Part shown: in pieces, positions 1-7,788 of the stretch
Layout of the letters: each line of letters begins with the position of its first letter
Numbering within the stretch: position 1 is the stretch's first letter
DNA from: a virus
Strand: one strand, 5' to 3'
DNA: 64,000 nucleotides
IMG/VR virus record: IMGVR_UViG_3300027759_000050
Span: 64,001-128,000 of that record
Position numbers and translations under genes: made by a program
The notes under the pieces: generated by a model
Told to the model about the DNA's origin: nothing
Database searches by the model: none
The model's input: only the letters and a program-made list of their open reading frames with translations

Positions 1-83
1 ATCCTAAAATTAATGTTTATCATGGAGAGGCAAAGAACTATTGCGGAAACTACTATGCTGAAAAGTATTGGTTTACTTCGCAT
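1..83 (-). CDS. 5' end of a gene with an N-terminal signal/TM segment (truncated by window edge)
   Basis: ATG at 83 after AAAGGAAA RBS; reads MRSKPILFSIVVSAIVLCLSMININFR. Confidence 0.6.
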   Translation of the reverse strand, partial: MRSKPILFSIVVSAIVLCLSMININFR

Positions 84-159
84 GGGTTTCCTTTCGAAAA
101 ATTGATAGGTTATTTGGACGGGAATGCCGTCAGGGGAAACCTATTAAACCCTTTTTAGT

Positions 160-603
160 TTAGAAACTAAATTTAAGACCAGCAGTGATACGGCTTCCGT
201 TTTCTGCAACAACACGGTCTTGACCAGCTTGGTAACTGTAATCAAGTCCTGCTGAAACTGATTTAGTGATTGGCAAACGAGCACCAATACCAACTACAGC
301 GGCATAACCATCAGAAGATGGGCCTGATTGGCTATCAATAAAAAGAAGACCAAATTTAGCATCAACTGCTACAGGTCCCATTTTTGCTACCTCTACAGCA
401 TTTACCAAACTATAAGAGTCGGCTGTTGTAGAACGATTGAATCCTGCGGTTAGGTCATAACCTTTTACGGTTTCACCTACTGTAACACCCCAAACATTTT
501 GCGTTGAGCTAAGATTAGTGCCATCATTGATACCAACTTCTAAAGCTTGTGCGCTTGCAAATACACCCATAAGAGATGCGATAAGTACGAGTTTTTTAAT
601 CAA
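160..603 (-). CDS. Small outer-membrane beta-barrel protein (OmpA/OmpW/Lom-like)
   Basis: Signal peptide ending AQA, alternating hydrophobic strands, C-terminal beta-signal GLKFSF; AAGGAG RBS upstream. Confidence 0.75.
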   Translation of the reverse strand: MIKKLVLIASLMGVFASAQALEVGINDGTNLSSTQNVWGVTVGETVKGYDLTAGFNRSTTADSYSLVNAVEVAKMGPVAVDAKFGLLFIDSQSGPSSDGYAAVVGIGARLPITKSVSAGLDYSYQAGQDRVVAENGSRITAGLKFSF

Positions 604-629
604 AATTTTCTCCTTTTGTTGAACAAATT

Positions 630-929
630 GCCGACTGATTGGATAATAAGGACAGTCGGCGAAACCTCAGCTTAGCTTAAGCAGCTAGGCGATATGCGGA
701 GTCGTTTGCATTTACGTTTTTTTACTTTTATCGACTATCTGTGTCGGGTAGCCAATTAGTTTACTCATATGTCGGTCGATTACCGTATCATCCCCATCAA
801 AAGCATATTAGTTCTCAGTGACCGATGCCGTTAAATAACACCGATGTATCTAATATGCTTATGGTGGAGATGGAGGGAGTCGAACCCTCGTGTCGCCATC
901 GTTTCAAAAAATCAGTTTACTACCATTAC
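630..929 (-). ncRNA. ssrA: Circularly permuted (two-piece) tmRNA gene
   Basis: Acceptor piece with T-arm GAGGG-TTCGACT-CCCTC and CATCTCC-ACCA (3' end 862) lies upstream of the coding piece starting GGGGATG (795); 7-bp acceptor stem with G3.U; tag ANDSAYRLAA* at 709-677; terminal hairpin 630-660. Confidence 0.92.
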
Positions 930-1022
930 AACACACTTAGGGAGATTCTCACTCCCGTACCCACAATGTGGGAACTTAGTCTAATTGCACAGCCGAGCCA
1001 TGTCCCAGTTCATAAGTGTGTT
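930..1022 (-). ncRNA. Putative structured RNA or leader in front of the tmRNA
   Basis: 10-bp closing stem AACACACTTA/TAAGTGTGTT enclosing CCCAC-ATT-GTGGG and GGGAG-TGAGAAT-CTCCC hairpins. Confidence 0.5.
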
Positions 1023-1030
1023 AAGTATGT

Positions 1031-1059
1031 ATTATATCACAGGATTAGAGACTTGTCAA
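1031..1059 (-). promoter_or_regulatory. sigma70 promoter for the tmRNA locus
   Basis: TTGACA-17-TATAAT. Confidence 0.85.
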
Positions 1060-1077
1060 GCCCTTCTGTGAAATGTA

Positions 1078-1842
1078 TTATCCCAGCGTGCCGAGTCTGG
1101 TGCCTGTTGTTAACCAATTGATATATGCATTTGAACCGGTCGTTGTGCAATAACCAGCTGCGCCACCTGATGTACCTAGACCTGCACCGTTACTTCCAGC
1201 AGTACCTAAATTACCGCCTGAACCACCGGCCCAACCCCATCTATCATTACCGTACCCACCAAAAGAACCACCTGAACCACCTGCACCACCAGTTGTAAGT
1301 GTTCCTGCTGTTCCTGCTGTTTGGCCGTAATTCTGAGTTGAACCATTTTTATTCAATGGGCCACCAGCACCGACAATATTACCCGCGCCGCCGCCACCGC
1401 CGCCACCATAACCATCTATGCCACCATTACCACCAGCTCCGCCTCCGCCGCCACCACCACCGCCGGCGATTGTTCCATTGTTGGTAATACTTACTGAGAA
1501 GCTCGCCGTAAGTGCTGGGCCGCCCGGTCCACCGACACTGCCAGCTGAACCAGAACCGCCAATTGAACCTGTACCACCTGTGCCACCTGCACCAGCTATA
1601 GTTCCTGAATTGATTATTTCAACACGGTCACCTGTAGCAAATCCTGAGATTGTTAATGCTGGAGTGGAAATCGATGTACTTCCTATAACCACACCTGAAG
1701 GAATTATGTAAGTTACAACCGATGAACCACTAACATAATTCGGAAACATCGCCGGATTAACGGTCACATTGGTGGCACTAGATGCTGTCACCGATGCAAC
1801 TAATCGCCTCTTTGATAAGAAATAATTAAAAGAACTAAACAT
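1078..1842 (-). CDS. Glycine-rich tail-fibre adhesin (T-even gp38-like)
   Basis: Poly-G motifs (IAGGGGGGGGG, YGGGGGGGAG), gp38-like end GTRLGTLG; start 1842 overlaps upstream stop (TAATG). Confidence 0.65.
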   Translation of the reverse strand: MFSSFNYFLSKRRLVASVTASSATNVTVNPAMFPNYVSGSSVVTYIIPSGVVIGSTSISTPALTISGFATGDRVEIINSGTIAGAGGTGGTGSIGGSGSAGSVGGPGGPALTASFSVSITNNGTIAGGGGGGGGGAGGNGGIDGYGGGGGGGAGNIVGAGGPLNKNGSTQNYGQTAGTAGTLTTGGAGGSGGSFGGYGNDRWGWAGGSGGNLGTAGSNGAGLGTSGGAAGYCTTTGSNAYINWLTTGTRLGTLG

Positions 1843-2213
1843 TAAGCATAACCTTGAGAAAAGCTTCCATACCAATATGTTCCGTCACAAATGAATGAGA
1901 GTATGTCGTTTCTGCTGGCTGTTGTAGTTATTGTTGGTGCCGTTCCATAAGGCCATTTTACACCAGTAAAAGTTGCTGTAAAACCTCCAGCAACAGTGTA
2001 AAGCATCAGAATAAAAGAAACACCGGACGCAACAGAAGGCATTGTAAAAGTGCAACTTTGATTCAAAGTGCAAGTTTGATATGTCCCAGTTGCCAGTGAA
2101 AGTGTTTTTGATGTTCCAGAATTACCAATAGCCACGACACCTTCATTATAAGGACCACTTAGTGTTAGACCTGGTAAAGAAACTCCAGAAGTGCCATTAA
2201 TTGTAACAGGCAT
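1842..2213 (-). CDS. Virion structural / tail-fibre-associated protein
   Basis: Thr/Ser/Gly-rich with WP.GTAPT.T and D+LSF motifs typical of fibre tip modules; late promoter upstream. Confidence 0.55.
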   Translation of the reverse strand: MPVTINGTSGVSLPGLTLSGPYNEGVVAIGNSGTSKTLSLATGTYQTCTLNQSCTFTMPSVASGVSFILMLYTVAGGFTATFTGVKWPYGTAPTITTTASRNDILSFICDGTYWYGSFSQGYA

Positions 2214-2242
2214 TTTTTACCCCCCATTTTTTGTTTATACCC

Positions 2243-2250
2243 TATTTATA
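2243..2250 (-). promoter_or_regulatory. T4-type late promoter
   Basis: TATAAATA upstream of structural gene 2213. Confidence 0.7.
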
Positions 2251-2905
2251 AGGTTGTTTTATAGAATTCAATTGCTTTCACAAGTCCCTCAATGTGGTCT
2301 TCTGTCTTTTCAATAAACACCAATGGTTCTGAACCATCTACTGCCATAAGCGTAACAATCTGGTCAACAGGTGTACCAATCATTTCTTCCAACATCAATG
2401 CATACGCAGTTTCTTGCCAAAAGTAAGACATAACCTTATCTCTACTTTTTATTCTGCTACTTGTCTTAAAGTCAATGATGGATAGTTTACCGTTCCAATG
2501 TGCAATCAAGTCAACACGACCAGCAACACCAAGTTTCTTGGAGAACAATGCACACTCTTGATACCAAATATCGGTCACATTGTCATCTATGATTGGTTTG
2601 ATACTCTTGAACATTTCCAATGCATCCGGCATAGCCTTCTTTGAATACTCTAGGTTATTGTTTAGATATGCCTCACAAATACTATGCACATTAGTGCCAC
2701 GACCAGATGCTTTGCGTGAGATTTTGTTTGCTTCTTCTTCACCAACCCGCTTGCGCCATGCAAGTATGTCAGCTTTACTTAATGCACCCAGCACGGTCGT
2801 AATAGATGGCAACCTTGTGCCATCTTCCATAACATAGTATCGACCGTCTGGGAAAGTCTCAGCCTTAATATCTTTTAGTGTAGGTACATCACAATAGTTA
2901 AACAT
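2246..2905 (-). CDS. PD-(D/E)XK exonuclease (Cas4-like, T4-like phage exonuclease)
   Basis: PSITTVL, RGT.VH, AGRVD, IIDFKTS, Q..AY motifs. Confidence 0.85.
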   Translation of the reverse strand: MFNYCDVPTLKDIKAETFPDGRYYVMEDGTRLPSITTVLGALSKADILAWRKRVGEEEANKISRKASGRGTNVHSICEAYLNNNLEYSKKAMPDALEMFKSIKPIIDDNVTDIWYQECALFSKKLGVAGRVDLIAHWNGKLSIIDFKTSSRIKSRDKVMSYFWQETAYALMLEEMIGTPVDQIVTLMAVDGSEPLVFIEKTEDHIEGLVKAIEFYKTTL

Positions 2906-3669
2906 TATATTCCTAATTTATCGCAGGCAACAATCCATGATTTAACCAAACTGCTGCGAACAATATCGTCTGGTGTAAATCCAATTTCAGTAAACTCATT
3001 CATATGTCTCGCAACATTCAAAAACTCCGCAAGGCCTGATATATCATTCCTACTCTTAATTAGGTCATTCTGTTTCAGGTCGCCAACAAAGATAATCTTA
3101 GAACGGTGACCTACACGGGAGATAACAGAACTCAATTCGTGAAAGGTCATTGACTGACATTCATCTACAATAATGATAGAGTTATCAATAGAGATACCAC
3201 GAATAGCGGTAGTTGAAATGAATCTAGCGTAACCTTGTTCCTTTAATCTTTCCCATGCATCAGAACGACCAAAAAGTGTCTCACAAATTTCTTTGTAAGG
3301 CACTTCATAAATCTCCATCTTTTCTTCTAGTGTACCTGGAACAAAACCTTGGTCCCTTACCTGTACAGCAGAGCGAACAACTACAACATGAGTGAATGGA
3401 TTATCTTTGTTTAATACTTCTTCGATTGCACGATATAAGGCTAAAAATGTTTTACCTACACCTGGTGATCCTAATAGGCCAATAAAGTAATCACCTGTTT
3501 TGTATGCATCAAAGAACTTTTGTTGATTTTGTGTTAGTGCTTCAAATGTTTTTAAATGGTCTAATTTTATTTTTAGTGAGTTTGAAACGGGTTGATGTCT
3601 GTGTGTTGTTGAATCACCTTCAATTGAATCATCACGTTTTTGTATTGCTGTTTTTCTATTGGTTGCCAT
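2905..3669 (-). CDS. phoH: PhoH-like ATPase
   Basis: GSPGVGKT, GFVPG..EEK, RG.S, VDECQ, GD..QND, DIVRS motifs. Confidence 0.92.
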   Translation of the reverse strand: MATNRKTAIQKRDDSIEGDSTTHRHQPVSNSLKIKLDHLKTFEALTQNQQKFFDAYKTGDYFIGLLGSPGVGKTFLALYRAIEEVLNKDNPFTHVVVVRSAVQVRDQGFVPGTLEEKMEIYEVPYKEICETLFGRSDAWERLKEQGYARFISTTAIRGISIDNSIIIVDECQSMTFHELSSVISRVGHRSKIIFVGDLKQNDLIKSRNDISGLAEFLNVARHMNEFTEIGFTPDDIVRSSLVKSWIVACDKLGI

Positions 3670-3845
3670 TGAAACATCCTTGTTGTTGTTGCGGGATTAT
3701 TTGGAGGTTTTTGTTATCGCAGGATCCTTCTTCAATAAAGCAGCTACTTTGGTTTGTGGGACTTTCTTGGCTTGTGCTTGATGTTTTTGTGGCTGCTTGT
3801 AGAAGCCAGTACCAAGAAGTGCAGGAATGCGATAAGGACGATTGA

Positions 3846-4124
3846 TTACCATTCTCTGGGCAACTTTGTCTTATGACCTGACATTGTGTTTCCTGGAATG
3901 GTTTCTTTCATGCGTTGAATGACACCACGCTCAAAGGCCATGTGAGCTTGACCAATACCAGGAACAGACATGCGAGCACCGTCTGACATAATTGGAAGAT
4001 TGTGTGCTGTGTGATAGCGTTCAAGGTGTGGATTGTTTTGAGCAAACGAATCTAGTTCCGCAATTCTCATACGGTGTTCTTCTACTTCGTTTGTATCTTT
4101 ATTTAAGAAATCATAGCTGGGCAT
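3846..4124 (-). CDS. FmdB-like small regulatory protein
   Basis: MPSYDF.N..T.E..E N-terminus typical of T4-like phage FmdB family. Confidence 0.6.
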   Translation of the reverse strand: MPSYDFLNKDTNEVEEHRMRIAELDSFAQNNPHLERYHTAHNLPIMSDGARMSVPGIGQAHMAFERGVIQRMKETIPGNTMSGHKTKLPREW

Positions 4125-4677
4125 TATACCATCCTGGAACATTACGAGAGTTAATCTTACCACGCCATGAGGCTAGGTGCGTCTTATTATTTATATAGTA
4201 ATTGTGATAGGAGGCAATAGAATCACCGGCAATTTTTACCTCATCAGGCATTGCAGGAGTAGGTTGTGTAAAACCACTGTTCCCAATATTATGAGGAATG
4301 TTTTTAAGTAGTACATCAGCAAGTCCATCTCTTTCAACTTTATGAGTTTTGCCATAACGATAGGTGTATTCTTCACACAATGCAATCAACATGTTAGCTA
4401 ACCAAAGATAGTTTTCAATAGATTGTCTACACCAAATTGCTGATGGATGGTTAATATGAGTTGCCCGATAAAGCAAAGAATCACGATTATCAGAGAGTAT
4501 ATACGTGGTTCGTTGTCTACCAGTTGCACCTCCCCTATCAACAGTAGGGACGCCATCAAGATACCGATGGGCGGTAGAAAGTAGTTGAGCATATTCGATA
4601 ACCATTTTTGTTACATGACGATCCACATGCATTTTAGCACATTCAGCAGGATCATGGGAAAGATAAAAAATGTTAAT
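4111..4677 (-). CDS. Pyrimidine-dimer glycosylase-like (DenV-related) conserved protein, probable ATT start
   Basis: Family N-terminus NIFYL..DP..CA.MH.D.H..KM..E.AQLLSTAH is in frame upstream of the annotated ATG (4632); ATT at 4677 follows AAGGAG by 7 nt. Confidence 0.75.
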   Translation of the reverse strand: MNIFYLSHDPAECAKMHVDRHVTKMVIEYAQLLSTAHRYLDGVPTVDRGGATGRQRTTYILSDNRDSLLYRATHINHPSAIWCRQSIENYLWLANMLIALCEEYTYRYGKTHKVERDGLADVLLKNIPHNIGNSGFTQPTPAMPDEVKIAGDSIASYHNYYINNKTHLASWRGKINSRNVPGWYNAQL

Positions 4678-5203
4678 TTTGTTTCTCCTTCAAAGCTTTA
4701 TAAAAATTACCAATCATAATTAATTCATCTAATGTTGCATCTTTTTTAAGTTTATTTGCTCTTACGGACATAATCATAATGTTATTTTTAATGTAACCTT
4801 TACTATTGTCAATCCTATCGATACTTGGTGCATTTTGGTTGTTTCTTCTTGTACCTGTTTCCAATTTGATGTTTAGCACCGGACAAAAATCAGGAATAAT
4901 AATGTCATCTATTTGTATGTTATGTTCAATTCCAGATACTTTAGCTCTTTGTTTTGAATTATTCAACATATGTCTAGCTGGTTCATTTTTCCAATTTTCT
5001 TTTCTTTTTTCTCTTTCTTTTTTTGCTCTTTCACTACAACAAGATTTACAATTATCACGGATTCCTTGCGAAGGATCATTTTTTATTTTATACGAAAATA
5101 GATTTTGTGTCAACCATTTTTTACAACCAACACACATAACTTTTGGTCTTGCTGTACCATGTTGATTTTTACCATTTCTGGCCATTTGCGGCATCTTTAA
5201 CAT
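4673..5203 (-). CDS. Free-standing HNH homing endonuclease
   Basis: N-terminal CxxC...CxxC; CPVL...SIDRIDNSKGY...N...S.RAN..K. Confidence 0.85.
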   Translation of the reverse strand: MLKMPQMARNGKNQHGTARPKVMCVGCKKWLTQNLFSYKIKNDPSQGIRDNCKSCCSERAKKEREKRKENWKNEPARHMLNNSKQRAKVSGIEHNIQIDDIIIPDFCPVLNIKLETGTRRNNQNAPSIDRIDNSKGYIKNNIMIMSVRANKLKKDATLDELIMIGNFYKALKEKQN

Positions 5204-5215
5204 AAATCCTCCTGT

Positions 5216-5255
5216 GCATATTCTTATATATTATATTTATAAAAAAAGAATATGC
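5216..5255 (-). promoter_or_regulatory. Late promoter inside a hairpin just upstream of the HNH RBS
   Basis: GCATATTCTT/AAGAATATGC stem with TATAAATA (5234-5241) in the loop, followed by AGGAGG. Confidence 0.7.
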
Positions 5256-5263
5256 TAGAATAT

Positions 5264-5566
5264 TCATAATTGAATTTGTATCCGTGGCACTTCTTGCCAA
5301 ATTCCATGTAGTTTAATATTGCCGTATTGGTCATGTGTATGCATACAAACTTGTAAAGCAACCTTATCTATTTTTCCATCTTTCATATATTCAGCCACCC
5401 GAAACTCATAACTGATTGGTTCGGGGATTGTAACAGACCAACTTGGTGAAGGTGGCGGTGGAGGTGGTGGAAAAGGTGTTAGCTGGTTAACAGTGAATGT
5501 ATTTGTCGTTAATATCATAGTACCATTCTTAATAGTCCGATAAAGTCGATGGTGACCAATAGGCAA
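5264..5566 (-). CDS. Hypothetical protein
   Basis: ORF in tightly packed operon; start uncertain. Confidence 0.55.
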   Translation of the reverse strand: MPIGHHRLYRTIKNGTMILTTNTFTVNQLTPFPPPPPPPSPSWSVTIPEPISYEFRVAEYMKDGKIDKVALQVCMHTHDQYGNIKLHGIWQEVPRIQIQL

Positions 5567-5793
5567 TAATTAGCGAGCATACCAAAGGAACGCCGACTAT
5601 AAGCGCACCCAGCGTAAATAAAACAACCTGTAATCCAAACTGGGTACAAGAAAAGAAGGGGAGGATTAGGCACGGTGAGGGCCATAGTGATAGAACAACC
5701 AATAGATATAGCCCAAGCAAGGACCTCAAAACAAAAACGTATTCTATTACTTTTGTAATCATTACCAATCCATTTTAGAATGTTACTCATCAA
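5515..5793 (-). CDS. Small membrane protein (about 3 TM)
   Basis: Hydrophobic ORF overlapping neighbours. Confidence 0.7.
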   Translation of the reverse strand: MMSNILKWIGNDYKSNRIRFCFEVLAWAISIGCSITMALTVPNPPLLFLYPVWITGCFIYAGCAYSRRSFGMLANYCLLVTIDFIGLLRMVL

Positions 5794-6055
5794 ATACTGT
5801 AGACCATTTTTTTAGTTTGTGAATTTTGTTTTCTTGTGCTTCAAGCACCTTGACAGGATTAATAATTTTCAAATCGTAGCAAATGTAAACCATAGCCATT
5901 AGGTCACCTATTTCTTCTTCTAGGTGTTCACGATTAGTTTTAGTTGTATTTGGCTTGATGTTATCGAGGCCAAACCTAAAACATTTACTAATCGCTTGTA
6001 TTACCTCTGCACATTCTTCTTGTGCAATTAACAATACTTCTCGGTTATTATCCAT
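5783..6055 (-). CDS. MazG-like NTP pyrophosphohydrolase
   Basis: EECAEVIQA.SK and LEEEIGDL motifs. Confidence 0.8.
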   Translation of the reverse strand: MDNNREVLLIAQEECAEVIQAISKCFRFGLDNIKPNTTKTNREHLEEEIGDLMAMVYICYDLKIINPVKVLEAQENKIHKLKKWSTVFDE

Positions 6056-6375
6056 TATTCAAGACTCGCTGCGCCGCCAGCAACACTCATACCTTGTTTT
6101 GGTGGCCGACCTGGACCACGGCGTTCTTCTTGCGGTTGCATTTTTTGAATTCGTGCTGCAATATCTTCAGGTGATACTGTTTGTAGTGCAAATTGCAAAA
6201 ACATAGCATAAGAATCTGTAACTTTCATGGAGTTTTTACCACCAACAGCCGCAGCATCAGGGAAAAACAGATTACAACCACCTTCACGGAGTGGTGCAAT
6301 TTCTAGAATTGAATCTAGATTGATAATTACTTTGGTGTTTTTTTCAACAGAAAATACTTCGATAAATGTGCTCAT
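6055..6375 (-). CDS. Hypothetical protein with AT-hook-like RGPGRPPK
   Basis: Coupled ORF. Confidence 0.65.
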   Translation of the reverse strand: MSTFIEVFSVEKNTKVIINLDSILEIAPLREGGCNLFFPDAAAVGGKNSMKVTDSYAMFLQFALQTVSPEDIAARIQKMQPQEERRGPGRPPKQGMSVAGGAASLE

Positions 6376-6564
6376 AATATTCTTTCAGGTTAGTGGTTGG
6401 GTTGTATTTATTCGTCTTTATTCTTAGCATTCACACCCATCATATGTCGTTCGGATGTATCTGCTGCGTACTGAGCTTGAATCATGTTTTTCTTAAAAGC
6501 ATTTCGCTGTTCCTCAGTTTTGAAAGGTAACAGAGCAATCATAGTTTTATTTTTTTTCGACAGT

Positions 6565-6822
6565 TTAAAAGTGGAAGGGGTTTTCATATAATCCTAAAAA
6601 GTTATTAACAAAATACAGTATAACACAAAGACACATGATTGTCAAGGTCTTATATCCTAGGGATACCATTTCATCACGGTAATAATCAACTTCTAATTCC
6701 AAGAAGTCTCTTTGGCCTAGAAGCATAGGTTGACATTCATCCTCACCACCCATCATTAGGATAGTTTTTTTGGCTTCACGCAACCTATTCTTTGCCTCAA
6801 AATAATTAAATATAGATTTCAT
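6565..6822 (-). CDS. Hypothetical protein with C-terminal TM
   Basis: Coupled ORF. Confidence 0.6.
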   Translation of the reverse strand: MKSIFNYFEAKNRLREAKKTILMMGGEDECQPMLLGQRDFLELEVDYYRDEMVSLGYKTLTIMCLCVILYFVNNFLGLYENPFHF

Positions 6823-7334
6823 TAGATAAAACCATCTTCGTTTTGAAGAGCAATAGATCCATCTTCAACTGTGTGGCGATATTCATAGATTGGTTTATCT
6901 GGCACAGTATATGGAAATGTCACAGGCACACGGGAATCACGGGCAGTATAATATATTTTGATTGCTTGACCTGTTTCCAAATCTCTAAACCATTCCCAAA
7001 ATACCTTGCCATCAATATCATAACAAGAACCATCAGCATCTTTGAATACTGAACTATGTCGGTTATTTTGCCAGCGCATGGTAGTTCCATCTCCGTAGGA
7101 TGCTACATCATTCCATTCAGAATCTTCACCAGTCAATGGTGTCAATGGTTTAAAGTCCATCAATTTGGTTAGAATTTTTATTGCATATGGTGCAGAGAAA
7201 CCAGAATGTCCTTCATCAGCAAATTCTTTGACCATGTGTAGAATATGTTTACGCATCGCAGAATCATATTCACCATTATCAACAAGACCTAGAAGGTCCA
7301 TTTCTCTTTCGGCGTGCTTAACTAAATTACTCAT
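6822..7334 (-). CDS. Conserved phage protein (GHSGFSA family)
   Basis: F..EGHSGFSA and PLTPLTGED.EW motifs common in large phages. Confidence 0.7.
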   Translation of the reverse strand: MSNLVKHAEREMDLLGLVDNGEYDSAMRKHILHMVKEFADEGHSGFSAPYAIKILTKLMDFKPLTPLTGEDSEWNDVASYGDGTTMRWQNNRHSSVFKDADGSCYDIDGKVFWEWFRDLETGQAIKIYYTARDSRVPVTFPYTVPDKPIYEYRHTVEDGSIALQNEDGFI

Positions 7335-7621
7335 AGGTTTTCTTCATTTATATTCAAACCATTACTATGTTTGTTTGTTTGTGCATCGACATCCTGAAAC
7401 AGGCGTTTTTCCTGTTGTGTAGGTTCGTTGAATACTTTACGAGGATTACCACACATTACACAATTTGGATTGCCACAATTCAATGCATGTTTCTTGGCGA
7501 ACTTATGTGGTTCTTTAACCTGAACACCAAATGCTTTGGCAATTTTTGCCTGTTTGTTTACAGCATTCTCATCTTTGAGTAGGCGTTTGCTATGTTTGAA
7601 TTTGTCATCTTCATTGCTCAT
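7331..7621 (-). CDS. Conserved phage protein with CGNPNCVMCGNPRK zinc motif
   Basis: Cys motif, coupled ORF. Confidence 0.7.
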   Translation of the reverse strand: MSNEDDKFKHSKRLLKDENAVNKQAKIAKAFGVQVKEPHKFAKKHALNCGNPNCVMCGNPRKVFNEPTQQEKRLFQDVDAQTNKHSNGLNINEENL

Positions 7622-7788
7622 TTTGTAGTGCCTTTATATAACGATACAAATATATGTAGTAAGCGAACCTTCTAGGTTCATGCACATGGTTTGGTAAATC
7701 ATCACCAAACATTTCAATCAACTCAGCACCAATATTGTCGTAATCCATATATGTTAATCCCAAAAAGTTCGATATACTAAATACCTAT

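Noticed and set aside
104-146. Hairpin ATAGGTT...AACCTAT with inner GACGG/CCGTC as a riboswitch
   Set aside because: Structure is plausible but I cannot match it to a known aptamer; may be a processing or translational hairpin
862-895. tRNA gene or attP-like tRNA fragment
   Set aside because: No D or anticodon arm upstream; it pairs with the downstream GGGGATG and the tag, so it is the tmRNA acceptor piece
825-1121. 98-aa plus-strand ORF
   Set aside because: Antisense to the tmRNA and its promoter; MVEMEGVEPS is the usual shadow translation of a tRNA-like 3' end
1299-1711. Pro-rich and His/Arg-rich plus-strand ORFs
   Set aside because: Antisense shadows of poly-Gly codons in the adhesin
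4673-5267. Group I intron or gene-60-like ribosomal bypass around the HNH gene
   Set aside because: No room for a ribozyme core, no terminal G before the resumed coding sequence, and the gap of about 590 nt is far longer than the known hop
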